From contig NMRA01000026.1 of NCBI GenBank assembly GCA_002633005.1, positions 1,632,710-1,696,709 on the forward strand: a DNA stretch of 64,000 nt. The letters are read 5' to 3'. Positions 21,301 through 36,300 of the stretch are shown in pieces (the first letter of the stretch is position 1; every line of letters begins with the position of its first letter). The DNA comes from Phoronis australis (lineage: Eukaryota > Animalia > Phoronida). The notes under the pieces were generated by a model. That model was not told the DNA's origin and searched no databases. It saw only the letters and a program-made list of their open reading frames with translations. The translations under genes were made by a program, and so were the position numbers.

Positions 21301-24300
21301 TTTTTTGGCATTGCTAGTTTCTCGAAATCATACAGCCCATTTGAGTTGCCATCTTCAAAATGCGCGTTCTTTTCCACAGGAGTAATATTGGCAGAGAAAT
21401 TCTGGTTTCTTTTCTCTTCCTTCATTGCAAGACCGTTCTTTCCCAGATTGTTCATTGACACAGTTGAGCATGAGCAGTGAGAACTAGCTCTCGATGGTGG
21501 AAAATCATAATCAGGTAAACGTTGTTTCTCGCAATGTGGCACCACCTCTTTAACTACTGCGTCCGTTTGACGCTTTGCTGTGTTTGGAGATTCAACATAT
21601 CGCGGAGGGGTTGATTGACCACCACTATTGGAGTTTTGACTGTTACGGCTGGCCATACTAGTCTGCGATCCTACAAGAAACAAAAGCTTCATTATAACCA
21701 AAATCTAAATCACAAGTCAGTTCAGAAATAAAGTAGCAAGAGCAACGTAAAGTGTTGAAATGCACTCGTGGCTGTACACCAAACAATCTTTTTCTCAGAA
21801 TGTTTATTAGTATCATATAATAAGAATATAGACTAATTAATTTGGTCAAAAAATGGATATTGACTAGTGTTTGTATATCTCAGCTATACACCTCAATGTC
21901 CCAGTCTAACAAAAATTGTTGAAGTCATTTTGACACTAAAATGGGGCAGTCAATATCTTTTTGGAAAACCACAGCAGACAAGAGTTGCCTTCATAGTCGA
22001 ATTCAAATGTGTTTTGATGCCTTCCAGCCATGTACCACTACATCAAGTTTTGGAAAAATTTGACAACGAGCTTCCCTAAACAGGGACAACAGGGAGTGCC
22101 ACAGAAGTTGAAGTTGTCATAGAAATTTATTAAGTCGTTTTGGCACTTAACAGACAAGGAATTTCTCACTTAAAATTGATATTGTCAGCAGGAGGTGCCA
22201 TGGTAGTCAATACCATCTGAAAATTGATTGGTTTTGGCCCATCCCCGCCATATAACTCTGTGTCTAATTTTATCATGATCTTCCAAGTGCTATTTGAAAA
22301 ACGGACAAGCGATGGGATCACCGGATGAACGGAATGGTCACTATGGCCAACCATACAAAATTTCTGATTCAGCAAATTTTGGTATACATCACCAATGACA
22401 GGGGAGTGACACATAAAATGAAGCTCGATTTCAGTTTGATCAGTATTGCATATTCCACAAATTCTCTCACTCTCAGGCAGACCTGCATGCTGTGGTGCTT
22501 CAATTTAAAACTTGTGCAATGAGCACCTAAAACGAACACCAGTCATTGTCAGAATTAAAAGATCATCAAAACGTGAGACAAAAACTGCCAACAGCTTGAC
22601 CAAGAGACTGAATTGACTAATGTTAATTTTGCATAAAGGCCAAATATAAGTAAAGACAATATATTCACAGCGAGTTTGGTCGATTTCTCATCTTGTCTTA
22701 CAAACACATGGCCGAGAAAGAAGATATCTTGTTAACTAAGTATAATGGGATCAAATATTTTAAATCATCAGCTGCACACTCTGGTCTAAAACATTCTGGT
22801 AGTAGTACATGTACACACGACCAAATTATTACTTACTGCGTCGAATAGCATCCCTTTTGGATGTCGGCCGGATATCCATACTATCTTTATAAACTTGGTT
22901 GATTTGAGCAGAATAGTGGGAAAGGAATATAAAGACACCAGCTCCTAAAGTAAAAAATAAGGAAAATACTGAAACCGCAACTGTCATTAAAGCAAAGATT
23001 CACTTGTAAATGGCATGGAACACCAACCTCTTCAGGTATACCAAAAGTACAGGTTAAAATGTTACATTAAAAAACCGCCTTCCGTCACAAAAACTAACTT
23101 TGAATTTAGAAAAACTTACTGTTATAGAACTAGGTCTCAAATTGTTCCTTAGTCAAATTAATACACATTTCTGGGCTTAGGAAGAATTGACATGTCATGA
23201 CTGGACTTTGTACGCACCAAGCATGGTCTCACGCAATAACAATCGACCGGTTCCCCTGTTTTCGGAAGAAATTGAGATCAGTTTTACAGCAGAAAGCAGT
23301 GTAAATAAAAAGTTAGTGTCTAGACAAAGGAACGCAGGTTTATAGTAACTTTAGTGCCAAAATATTCATGCTCTAATATAAAGACAAAAATAACTCTTTC
23401 ATGTGCAAATCGCAAACTTTTCTCTCAAAAGACAATTTACCTTTGCCACAACTAGAGCCACCTTCGAACACAAACTTGTCAGTAATGTCGCCAAATCGAC
23501 GCAGATGAGAAATGTTCCACGTCATGAGCACCTTGGGGGGTAATGAGGTAGTCAGTGCCACACGTTGGCTATGGACATGCATAGAGGCAGGCCCGAGGGG
23601 CAGTTTGCTTGACTGAGGCACTTGTGCGAGGTAGACAGGGAAACGCTGACCTGAAACACAGGAGAAACAAATGTAAGGGCATGATAAATGAATTAATTGC
23701 GAAGTAGGGAGTATTGGAACATAATATAATCCTCTAGATTTTGAAGTTTCATATTTAGAGAGCCTGTTACGGAACATTCATCAATAGCTATGTGCGACCT
23801 TGTGGGTAATGGGCAAATCCTAAAGGACAATCTCTTGGAACACTGGGAAATGACATAAACGTAAAACTTTTACATTATTTTAATCATAGTTAATAACATA
23901 GTAAAAACAGTAAAAATAAAATGACAAGAGTCGGTACTAAAATATATCAAAATTTTCCCCAAGTCTGTGTCATGCCTTTGATAAAGAGCTTACTGCTCGA
24001 AATGTAGGGAATACTTTAATATATTTTAGTACCGACGCTCGTTTTATTTTTATTATTTTTACTATTTTATATTCTTATCCGTCGGTAACTGCATGGCATT
24101 CCAGCATCTATTATATTTATGTATCAAAGCAAACATTCCTTATCAAGGCATTTTTGCATCAAAAGAATGTTATTTTTATCTTTTTATGAACAAAAATATT
24201 TTTATGATGAAGAGACACACATAACCCAAAATTCAGAGGAAACATAATTATGTGGAATCAAAAATTAAGAAAATTTTGCTACAACAAGATAACCCTGGAA

Positions 24301-27300
24301 TACTTCTAAACAAAGAACTGATATAGTTCAGTTGATGTCACAAATCACTAGGAAAATATTTTACCTGCATAGCCCTAGGCAAGCACACACAGACTCACAC
24401 ACAAACAAACAAATAATGAAAACATTCCGAACTCATCCAGTTTAATGCCCCGCGCTACGCTAAATTGGGAAATTAAAAAATTGGAATGACGTTAGGGAGA
24501 GGATGTGTGTTTGAAAACTAAATTTTTGTCAAGTTCAGATGGACCGCAATGGTCAATTAGGTCATGCAAATACCTTGAAGATCACTATTTTTGTCACACA
24601 GGTGCAACAATATTAGAATACATATTTAGCTAAAAGAACCATATCATGCCTTCTTCCATAAAAAGTGGGTACTTCTCCAGACAACTAAATAGTGAGTATT
24701 TCCTGTCTAATTAAGGCAAGGTTCCATGGAAAAAGACTACCTGAAAGGTAAGTAAGCTGCTTCCATTATGAGAGCTGAAATTCTCATGAAATGCGCACTT
24801 TTCAGGAAATAGTGACCGCATAAAATGAGAGTGGGCACTAAGCTGAGCATGGGCACTTAAAAATGAAATTTTTCTTGGACTTAAGGTACAGACTGTAGGT
24901 ATGGGGACTGTTACAAGAAACTGACTTAAGTTCATTTTTTACTTAAGTCTAAGATTTGTCTCAACTTCCAAACTTTGAAACTGCCACATCAGGCAGGATG
25001 TTCAAAATGAAGACAAAACTTGAGTCCAAAACTCAAGTCAAATTTAAGATCTCTATCTTGGAAAAGACTTGGGACAAATTAAAGTTTTATCTCAAAATTG
25101 ACTAAAATTTGGGATTTGTCTAAGCTTAAGTCAGCTTTCTTGAAACAGGCCCCTAAACATTAACCCAGACAAGATGGAAAATTGGAACTGCAAACTGTAT
25201 TTACCCTATGTCCAGTTTCAGCTACAGACATAAAAGTATAAAGGGAAGACAAGACAAGACAACAAAATATGTTCAAGTATGCCAGTGAAATTTTACATAT
25301 TTACTACCCCAGAAAGTTGATACGCTCTATAAGACATGAGGGGACTTCTTGTGCATGCATGCTACAAAAAGGACAATACAATAATCTTGTTCAAATGTTT
25401 GAAGAAGACCAAGTGATCATTTGCCACTACTTAACCAGAAGGTTTATAGTAAATTGGTCCCAGCAGGAGGCAATAATTAGCCAGGAGTTTATTCAGGACT
25501 GCATAATTAATAGTATACCAGGATAATAACAACTCAATTACAGGTAGACAGAGGCCTTGAGTGCAGCTGCAGTTTCAAGGCCTCATCAAGTTGTGGCTTC
25601 ATTCTTTACATTCATGTCCATGTTAGAAATTAAAGAATGCACTGAGAAAGGATCCTCCTGAAAGATTTTTGTATGAGTTCAACATCTTCACAAGTAACAT
25701 TTTGTTGTAACATTAGTCATTCAAGTAACATAGGAAGTTATTAAATTTGTGAAATGGTCCGATACTTGGTACATACACATACAAAATAGCGAGTAACTGT
25801 TAACACAGAATTAGTCTCTTTGAAAATTGGTCCCACATAAGCAATGAATATCATATCTTCTGATAAACATTTAACATCATATGATACTTTTGAAAACAAT
25901 ACTTGTATCTTAGATTACAAATGTTCAGTGACTTTGCATAATAAAAATACATGAACAAAGGTTTCAGTATTTCCGCATAAGGAACACAAGTGGAAGTTCA
26001 GTGCCTTTGAACTTTGCAGCCATTTTGTTGTGCCCCATCAGAAATTAAAAAGTTAAAAATAAACATTCACCCAGGTATTTTGAAAAATATTGATGTCGTG
26101 TTCAAAGAGTGTCATTTGAGAAGTTATTGAGGAAAAATAAAAAGAATCTTGATAAAGTCTGATATACACTGACAAATTCTGCTAAACTTTTGTTTGCAAA
26201 TACAACCAAACCTGGAGTTAGCTCAGTGATATTTTCATAAATTTTGCAATGCTCGCTAACACTGCCAAACTTTACCAAACTCTTGTTAGCTAACTCAAGT
26301 TCTGTCGAGTTTGCAAACACAAAATTGGTAATACAGACAATGCTTTAAACCAATAGGAAACAATATTTTCGTCTTTGGAGGAAAAAAGAGCTTCCCAGAC
26401 CACTGTTGATTGGGTAAATACTACAGTTAGAACTGTTTACATAGCACTTCAGCATTTGTCTAACGAACTTGGTCTTGAATGCATTTGAACCCCCCCCCCC
26501 CCTATTGCTCAAGAACTAAGATTCAGTGGCATCAAGGAGAATACAGTTCAAGTCCCACATAGTGCTAATTAGAACAAGCTGCAAACTTCAGTTTGAAACT
26601 AACAGAATTAGTGGTGACCAATCCTTCCCTTGAGGGAATCAATGACCTCCATTCCCTACATGGTTTTATCATTTGCTGTTAGCTAATTCACCCTATTAAA
26701 GATATAGTAGCATGCTCTTACATGGGTGGCACAGCACTGAAAAAAGTGGGGTGGACTAAAGCCCCCTCAGCCCCCCCGTGGTGCACCGCGTCTAGACCAT
26801 GTGCGGCCTAGCACTGAAAAAAGTAGAGGGGGGGCTTCCTATCGTGCGCCGCCCATGTTTTAACTATGCCAAAGCACAGTTGGAACAGTAAATGACAACG
26901 CTATTTGAACGTCATCTACGCTAAACAAAGTACAGTTGTATTCATTGACAACTTTTACATGTGAAACAAAAATTCTGCAAATAGGTGACCTTTGCTCTTA
27001 TCTAGGGGGCTTACATTACCTGCATCATGCAGTGTTATTCCCCAACGCCACCGTTAGGATACCTACTGGACACAGCTGAGTGACTTACAGCGGATCATTT
27101 TCAACAAAAAACATTTGGCAATTTTCAACCTACTTCATATTCACATAGTCGTCATGTGCTTCTAACAAATTTGAGCAAGCAATCACAGAGATAAGGAATT
27201 TGTGCGTAAGTTCCATTTTAAAAACCAAATCAAAAGGTTCCACACCAAAACATGAACCATAAAAGTAAAATATCATTATCAAATTCAACAAGCATTTGAA

Positions 27301-30300
27301 TACTATTGGACCCCTTCAGTAGCTTTAAGTATAAGTGAACAGCTGAAAACAAACATGCTATCTCCCCATGATTCTTTTTCAAAAATGCCAGCCAGTGACA
27401 ATCTATCTCTGTTTGCAAAGCTATTCCTAGCTATTCATGCTCTCTGCTGTGTGAAAGACTAGTTAAAAACCAAAATGATTTAGCAAGCATTCACCCAGAT
27501 TATGAAAGCCTCTGTTAATTAATTACAAGAAGTTAAATCCTGAACATGTGTCCTCAATGGGTCCCATTTATGTTAACCCAAAACTGTTTCACCAGTACAG
27601 ACACTGTATCTATTCTTGGATACTAGAAAACAAATGTGTTATGACATCAAACAAGAATGGAATCCAAATAAAGAAGCCTTGTACAGCATGAGGCCAACTG
27701 TTGGTTAAACATCAACAAAAACCACTGAGAAACATGCTGTGGCTTTGAGATGGCAACACATATTTCATAACAACACTTTGGTTTTGCCAGTGATAGTAAG
27801 ATTGAAGAATGCTCAAACAAATTTAAATTGTTGGTAATTTTGTAGGCAATAGTCCGATGTAAAATACCCACACTTTGAGAACCAGTCCGATGCCCATAAT
27901 TCAGTAGAGAAAACTGGTTCCCAAAATACAGGCATGTTATATTAAACTATTACCATTTTGCAAGTATGTTTACTACTTAAATAATTCCCCCAATCCATTT
28001 CATTGACAACATATGTTTCTTAGCCTTCATTAAATCCTAATTCAGTTTGGCCTCATGGAAATACAATTTACCCACCAACGCAATGTCTGCAAGACAAAAT
28101 GAAAGCTGAAACCAACAGAAAAAAATGGCATTGTAATGAAGTTAATTTACTCAAAAACACATCTGTCTTCAGGACCTGTCTTTGTCACATCAAAATGTAC
28201 ACAAAGACCAAAATTAGAGAACTATTAATCATGAATAATGTGACCATATCGATGTCTCTTATTATGTTCTCAGCTGTTCATTCAGACACTTCTCCTCCCA
28301 GCATACTTTAGACAAGCCCGCCTAAAACCAACCAGAGATTTAGTGCCTGGTGTTTTTCTCCACAAGACATTATTTTCACTTGTTCATCCAAATTTGCCCA
28401 CCAGCAGGGAGAGCAAGCTTAAATATTTACACAGAGAGAATCTGAAATCACAACAGGGAAGGGCATGACTGCTGTATTGTCTTTGTTGCAAATGACGGTT
28501 ACCCATGACCAAGTGTGAATCATTTGTTTTCTGTGAAAATAAAATCAGAAATTCTGATACATGCAAAAACTGGGGTATTACTCATACAACTGAGGTATGT
28601 TGTGTTTGCTGGTTTGTGGACACTGAAGTTCGACCAAGACTGCCAGGCCATAAGAGCATCAGGAATTTAAAAAATGTGACAAGAAAAAATCCTTCATATT
28701 TGGTTTTTGAAAGGAGTACATTTGTAGAAAACCCATTTCCACAATTCTAAGCATCAGTTTTTGGTGACCATACCTTCGAATGATCCATTGGTAACAAATA
28801 TCAACAATGTTTGTAACAGACGACAAAGTGGTTCCATCCCAATGAATTGTAGCTTGAAAAACATAGAAGATTTCACAGAAATATGGAGCGAATCTTCCAC
28901 TGAGTTGAGAACGATAAAAACCGACCAGTTCCATAACTGGGTAATAATTTTCAATTTTCAACAGGTAATTTAAAACACCAAAGAAAAAATGGCTTAATTA
29001 TGACTATTTTGTTTAATTTTGGCATTTGAACAGTATTTCACTGTGTCCAAGGCATGAGACTTGTGAACAAAACAAGAACTAAAATACACCAGACAACATG
29101 GCTGCTAATTACAACCATTTGATTCAGAATTCACAACATTTACATCTAAATCAATATGAGGACATCATCCAATCTCAAACTTACAAGAAATCAAAACATT
29201 GCTTAAGTTATTCCATAAATGCCACCTAAAAAGCACTTTTCAAGACTATCTTACGTAAGCACTGATGCTGTGTTTCCTGCAAACACTGAAGTCTGCGCCC
29301 AAGGCAAAGTTGAAAACAAAAGCCCAAGTTCTGTATGCAATAAGTTGGGGGTAGGCGATTACCCGAGAGGCTGAAATTTGTGCAAAGTGGGAAATGGGCA
29401 ATTACCCGAACAGTGGGCGCTTACATCAAAATTTGGCAAAAGTCGCTGGTGGGCTATAATCTGGGCATGGGCGTTAACCCGCGAGTTTACGGTAAGTGAA
29501 TCAATCGATCTCTTGGTGCAAGAAAAACACAGAAACAGTCATTCTATAAGGCTAAGCACTGCAGAATATTTCAAAAACGTAGACAAATTTTATTGAATAT
29601 TTTGGCTTCGTTAAAGTTATGTGAAAACCTAGAAGGAAAACAGAAATATAACATTAAGTTAACCGAATATGTGCCACATCTAAATTTTGCCAATGTTTAA
29701 CTAAAAAATCCTCAACTTTTTTTAAAGCTACTGAAGATACATGGACCAATCACATGCCATATCCTGTGACCCACAACAAATCAAATGCTTCCGTGTCTAC
29801 AACTTACCAGGCCCGAGACTAGATTGTATCTTCACATTCCATGTCTGCAGAATTTCCTTGCTGGCAAAGGCGAGTACGATCGTCTGCTTCTCACAGATGA
29901 TCGCCAACACATTCTGTTCCTTGTCGAGTACGAAGCCTGCTTCGATGCCACAGAACTCTTCCAATGAGAGCATGTTCTTCTCTCGAGCCTTTTTGTTATA
30001 GTCTTTGACATTTTTGTACAGGGAAATATGGAGCCGATCTGGAAGCAAAGGGGAATTGATAAGAAGATGAAACGTGATCCGAGTACAGCAACAGAACTAT
30101 TTGACAAACGGCAAAAATATTCTGATGTTTAAGAATGATAATTTGACAAGTAAAACTATGGATTTACAATCAAGTAACAGAACGCGAGCTTTATTTACTT
30201 AATTCACAAAATTGTTCATCAAAGAACCCTCAAATTATTTTTTTAAATTTTTGTTTTAATCATCACTGTAAGTAATGTCTAATTTCGACAAACTTCAAGA

Positions 30301-33300
30301 GTCTTTGTTTTGTCATTCAGTTTTAATCAGAACACATGGTTTATGTGATGCATAACTACTATGTTTGTGTAACTATGTTGTCCTCTTGACCTTAGGTAGA
30401 ACATCATTTGTCACAACCCTGGGGATGACCATGACCAGGTGACATGCAACTCTTGTGTAATCTCATTTACGCACTATGACCAGGGATTCATCAATACCAT
30501 GGTTACTGGACATGCCAATCTTTAAATGTTTGACAAGTATCACCACTGATTACCTAAATTAAGGCATGAACAAGCACAAACTGAGAATACCTCTTGTGAT
30601 TTGAATGGATAACTTAGTCAATTAAATTGCATATAAAAAATATTTACCAATTATTATATAATCCTCAATGCTAACTGCAGTATGAATATTTAAAATGGAA
30701 AAGAAGTGAAATGCTTACATTTCCCAAAACCTAATGAATGGTACTTATTGGCAGATTTTAACAAAAATTAATGGTTAATTATCCCGATGACGTGACAAAT
30801 TCAAATATACTCAAAAATAAAATAATTATGTCGAGTAGTGCAGTGTAGGTCACTTTCTTCAATAACAGACATTTTATGTGTTGTCAGCCAACTCCTCACA
30901 ACGTTAAACAACAAGAATGCTTCACTTTGAAATCAAAACAATGACTTTCAATAACTTTATAGGCGTAAACAAGGCGTTGATATTTTTCTGTACAATCGGA
31001 CCATTATGATGGATATTTACAGTGATTCAGAGCTAAAAAGAACCAGTTACAAAGACCAAAGACCATGATGTAGTCAGCCTTATAATGGTTTGGTACTCTG
31101 GAAACAAAAAACGTATGTTTGCAGTCTCCAAAACAAATCCTTACAGCAGAACGTACTTCTAAGTTTTCATGCTATTTGAAAAAGTTTGATGTAAATTTCC
31201 AATGAAAGATTGCCACCTGGACCAAGATAATTAAATGAGGTGCACAAACACACAATGTAGCCAGTGATGACCAATACCCAATTATACTGAAGACTTTAAA
31301 TTGATTTCAAATTGGTCCAGGAGCAGTTTAAGTCGATTAGAAGTGTGCGTTAGTTAATACAAGAAGTTTAGGTTAAAAATCAGTTCAACCTAAACATGCT
31401 GATAGCTGATGTTGCCAACCAATTTAGCCTAAACCAATTCCTACTTTTTGAAGAGTAAATGCAAAATCCAATAGATTCGACTCAGAAGGTGGTAGTAATT
31501 TCTTCCACACTACCATTTGACCAAATAGTCGGAATAACAGACGCTTTACATTTCAGAGGGTTAAAATTCTATAAAATTTCAACATTCTTACAAGAAAAGG
31601 GAAATATCAAAACCAGAGATGACTAATGAATAATAATGCATACGTGATCTCATCAGATCCTGACTCAAACATGTTGGACTCACAACAGACAGGGATTGAG
31701 GTGTTGGACTCACAACACACAGGGATTGAGGTGTTGGACTCAGCAACAGACTGATGTAGGAAAGCCACAAATTATTCATTGATTCCTAGAAAGCAACTCA
31801 TTCCATGGTAATTGACCAAACTGGGCACAAAGGTATGATAATCACCATCAGGCCACAAACTGTTGCCTCAACACTGAACCACAAGGTTGGTGAACAGCAA
31901 AACTGCCCACATCATTTTACATAGATTTACCAGCATGATCCACTAATTTGCCAGCCTTAAAAAATTCCTTTCCATCATTAAACATACAACGGGGAAAGAC
32001 CGGAATCTATATGATCGTCCAAACCGTCTTTCAGTTGTTTACCGCTGCATACTCTTGTAGACTCACACTGACTTTCATGGATTTTATACTAAAAATGCCA
32101 CTACTAAGATTTCAACATGTAACAAAACCAGCTAAAACGTCAAGAAAATGTTGACTTAAAAATCTATGCAACCCACAATTTCTAGTCCAACACACTGAAT
32201 CAACTGCGAGTTACTTTTCAAAACAAATTCTTGATGGTCAAGAAATATTTTTCAACTTCTCTTAATTGACAGACAAACACATACATGGAAACCAAAGAAC
32301 TTCAAGTGCACTAGCTAGGATTCGTGCACTTTGTTTAGCACACTGGTATCTATATCAAGGTGCAAAAAGTCTTATAATTAGTAAATTTCAGAATAGTGAG
32401 TTCAGTGACTCCCAACAAAATTGGACAGCACATAATTAGCAATTAAACAGGCAGATTTCTGTTAAATGAGCCTGCTACACTAATCAAATCAAACTTGTTA
32501 GGTTACTGGCTGTCAGGCCTTGTTGACTTAAATCGACATCATTTTCCTGACAAGATTGGTGACAGGAACAAACATTTGGAAGTGATTGATCAAATGTAGG
32601 AGAGTGACACCAAAACGTGATAGAAAAACACTGCCAAGGTCTTTTTTATAGATTTGCTAATCCATTTTGCAGTGTGTTGGTGAATGAAGAATAGTGTTTT
32701 TTTACACTAAAAAAACTGACGAGGAGCAGCTGACTATCATATTGTCGTTTGACACCATAGCAGGGTTAGGAAGAGAGTTAAATTTAAGCAGTTCACAAAA
32801 AAATAATTCCTAATAATTAATGAGGGGAGTCAACAGGCAATTAAAACTATTTACAGATGACGATAGCAAAAAGCCAAAAAAACAGCTGTTTCCTGACAAA
32901 GTTGTTCATTATAAAATGATAAGATGATCGGATGAGTATTAGGCATGGCTAATCCGACTCCAAGACTATATCAACTAATAAAGACCAAATGGTTTACCTT
33001 AGGGAGCATGCCATCATAAACACCACCACTGCAGTGAGAATTATGTGTCAAACAGATAAGAGATCTTGCAAGTTTTTCAGCTAGTGCTCTGTTTAGTGGA
33101 CTGAGATGGAACATAACAAGCGCGCAGAACAACATTACACCAGAAAAAAGATATCGCCATCACATTTCTTTGAAACCAATTTATAATCGATTTCCAATAT
33201 ATAAATATATTCAAAAAAAGATTTAAAGATAATAATCAAAGTAAACAAGCCTGTATGTCTGTCAAACACAAGACACACACAACCTGTGGAATGCTTTTAC

Positions 33301-36300
33301 CATTTCTGGCATAACAACTATCAAACATTTTGAACAAGGGATCATTCACAACAATGCTGAAGCCCTAATAAAAATGGAAAAGTGCATTTTTAACAATTCC
33401 TGTTTTAAAAAAATGTTGAGATTTGCAGATAACTTAAGCCATGATGATTGAACTAAGGTCTCAAGCTGCTGTTGGCCATTGCAACCATGAAATAATTTGA
33501 AAAAAGGGACATTCACAACAATATCAGAACCCATAGTGAAAATGAAAAAGTCTTTTTTCACAATTCTTTTTAAGTGAAAATTTTGAGATTTTGACAATAC
33601 TTAAGCAGGGATCATACTAGAAAAACTTGGGTATGGGTGAATTGACCCAAGCAGTCTCAATTCTATGGGCCAATTTGGATAACCCAAGGTCTTGCTAATA
33701 CTAGTTTTTTGTCCCTTTAAGCTCCCAATTTGAATGGACCCATTGGCCTGAGTTAAGCAATCACAGTGCATCAACGGCATTATTTTTTATGCCAGTGACA
33801 TGAGGTGCTTCATTCTTGAACGACTAGATTGAATGGCCGTCCATCTAAGGACAAACACACACAATGAGTAAAAACAGTGTCATTAGCATACCTGTGTCTA
33901 GGGGTATGTCTCAGGCACTGAAGACTGAATGTGACGTCTTTCATCTAATTACATGCATTTAGGTGAACCAACAAACTTGGTTAGACCATCTAAAAAATAC
34001 TTTTACATAATAATAACTTGTATACATGTGTGCTTCAGACCATGTAATGACTGGCTGGAATGAATTTGTTTCACAGCATGAGTTTTTGGTATGCCAACTA
34101 AAAATCATTCACAAAATGACAGAGAGCATTTAGGAGTGACACGACCTATATACGCAAATAAGATCTGTAGACAATAACTGCAGTTCTGAAATCTTGTCAT
34201 TATCGACAAAAATGATTTCACTCCGCCAAGCCCTAAAGGCATTGTGAAGCTAAATTCCAAGACAAGTTGACTGAATTCCTATGCAACACCCTAAATGCTT
34301 AACGCTTGAATGTGCAAAAACAGCTGAGTTAACAACTAATCCAGAACAAGGCATACTATAATTTTCTGCAGAATAGCAAGTCACTGTTTAGACCAGAAAT
34401 AAGACCTTCAGACATCAAGTAGTTTGTTCTGAGTCCAAGCAATCACCTCATAGGAAACATTCCACATGCAGAAACTTAGAATTAAACTGAAAACGTCTTT
34501 TGCTCAATCTATTTCTAATTCTGAAAAGCAAAACCGGCCAAGTTGACAGCGATGAAACATAATTTCTGTCGTTCACAGACACTGTGACATTTTAGTGTGA
34601 ATCATTTATTCCATCATACAGTAGTGAAAATTTGATGACATGGTGATGGCAAAGAATTTAATGCTGGAAAATACCCCCTTTGCTTGCAGTGAATCCACAC
34701 AAGAATGCAGCACCTGTCTACCAACAAGCATGTTTTACCATGTGTCTGCTATATTGGAAAATGGATATTCCACAAGCTTGCCATAGAAACATGGGTTAGA
34801 CCAAACATAACATAACAACAGTAACAACATCAACAAATTAGCTAGTTGACAAGACAACATGAAAGCCAACAAAGATATGAGCACTGATACCATTTCAATA
34901 TTCAATCAACCACTCAGTAGGCATAAAAAAGTGTGCTCTGAATAGGCAATGCTATTCACAGGCCACTCAACTAGTTCACAAACTCCTGCTCTAATAATCA
35001 ACTGAAACAAGGAAGTTTGTCACCATTAGTCGACATTGTATGCTGCAGAAACATCAAGGTACATTACCACACAGCGCCAGTCTCTTGGACTGAAAACGTT
35101 TTTATTCACAACAACAAACAATCGAGTGTAAACAAAAAATATTTACAACATAAACAATTTTAAGTCACCTTCCCCATTCCCCAGGCGCCTTGCAACAAAT
35201 TTTGCATTCTGATTTGTTCATTGCAGCAGAATGAAATACAAAGCGATTTCATAAACCTATCAGTGCACCCTGGACATAGGCTGTGACCACCCACAACTGA
35301 GGTAGAAAGTTTTATAGGACTCTTGAGGCCATAAAACTTCAGTATCCTATTGTCCAGGTTGAGAACTGCGATAAACCGTCTCCCCTTCAACATCAATATC
35401 TAACTCTTTTCGTTATCATTTAACAAAAAGAAACAAAAATGTAAAAATAAATCTATTCCAAAAACAATTGAGTTAAAAACTGTGCTTGTTGACAAAAATG
35501 CAGTGCCCACCCTACATGGATAATTGTATTAAACACCAGACAGAGCCACCATGAATTCCCACAATGGCTAACATAATGCCACAATAATATAGAAGTGCTA
35601 ATGATGACACTGTAAATAGGGTGGACACAATAGCACCTCCTTGGGCTATTCATTCTCCAGCAGTAAGCAGGACAGTTTACTCAATTACCCATATCTGATA
35701 ACTGGTCATTTTGGCCAGTTAAACACCATGAAATAAGCCACCCAGCATACCAGCAATTTTTAGAAGGGTACCTAGTGACAGAGTGTGTCCATGCACGTTC
35801 TACGACAATATTTTTGGTTTTTGAACAACAGTAATTCCTTTTTCATGACAACATGTTGGCTGCATGTAACAGCCAAATGCTCCTCTAAGTGTGAAAAACA
35901 TCGTTTTCTGGCATTTCTTCAACGACAGTATCCCACCACTTAATGCTTTGAACTTATGATCCGTGTATATCACACCTGACTTCAGATATTGGTCAACTGT
36001 CAAATCTCGGAAACTGGTTAAGTCCTAGACTTTGATAAAAACTAGGAAACCACGGGCCCAGCAGATCTCAGAAAGAAAAAAGGAAAAGAACATGAGGGAT
36101 AATACATTAAAACAGCTGCCTTACTGACAAATGACGTCAACACTAAATATGGCTACGAGGACCCATCCTCAAGGGAGACTAAATCGAGTGTGTAGTTCTT
36201 ATTCAAATATTCAGTGATATCAAATCACACTGCACCATATGAACTTTAAATATTGAAGGTGATCCAGTTACACTGATGAAACACTCTAGTGTCTACACCC

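Noticed and set aside
19002-21701. 899-aa ORF as a stand-alone gene
   Set aside because: Bounded by an acceptor at 21671 and a donor at 19129 in phase with DOK7 exons; the ORF ends are intron read-through.
24283-24480. Possible minus-strand HINE-like fragment with a CA-rich tract
   Set aside because: Too degenerate; no matching subterminal repeats or second copy confirmed.
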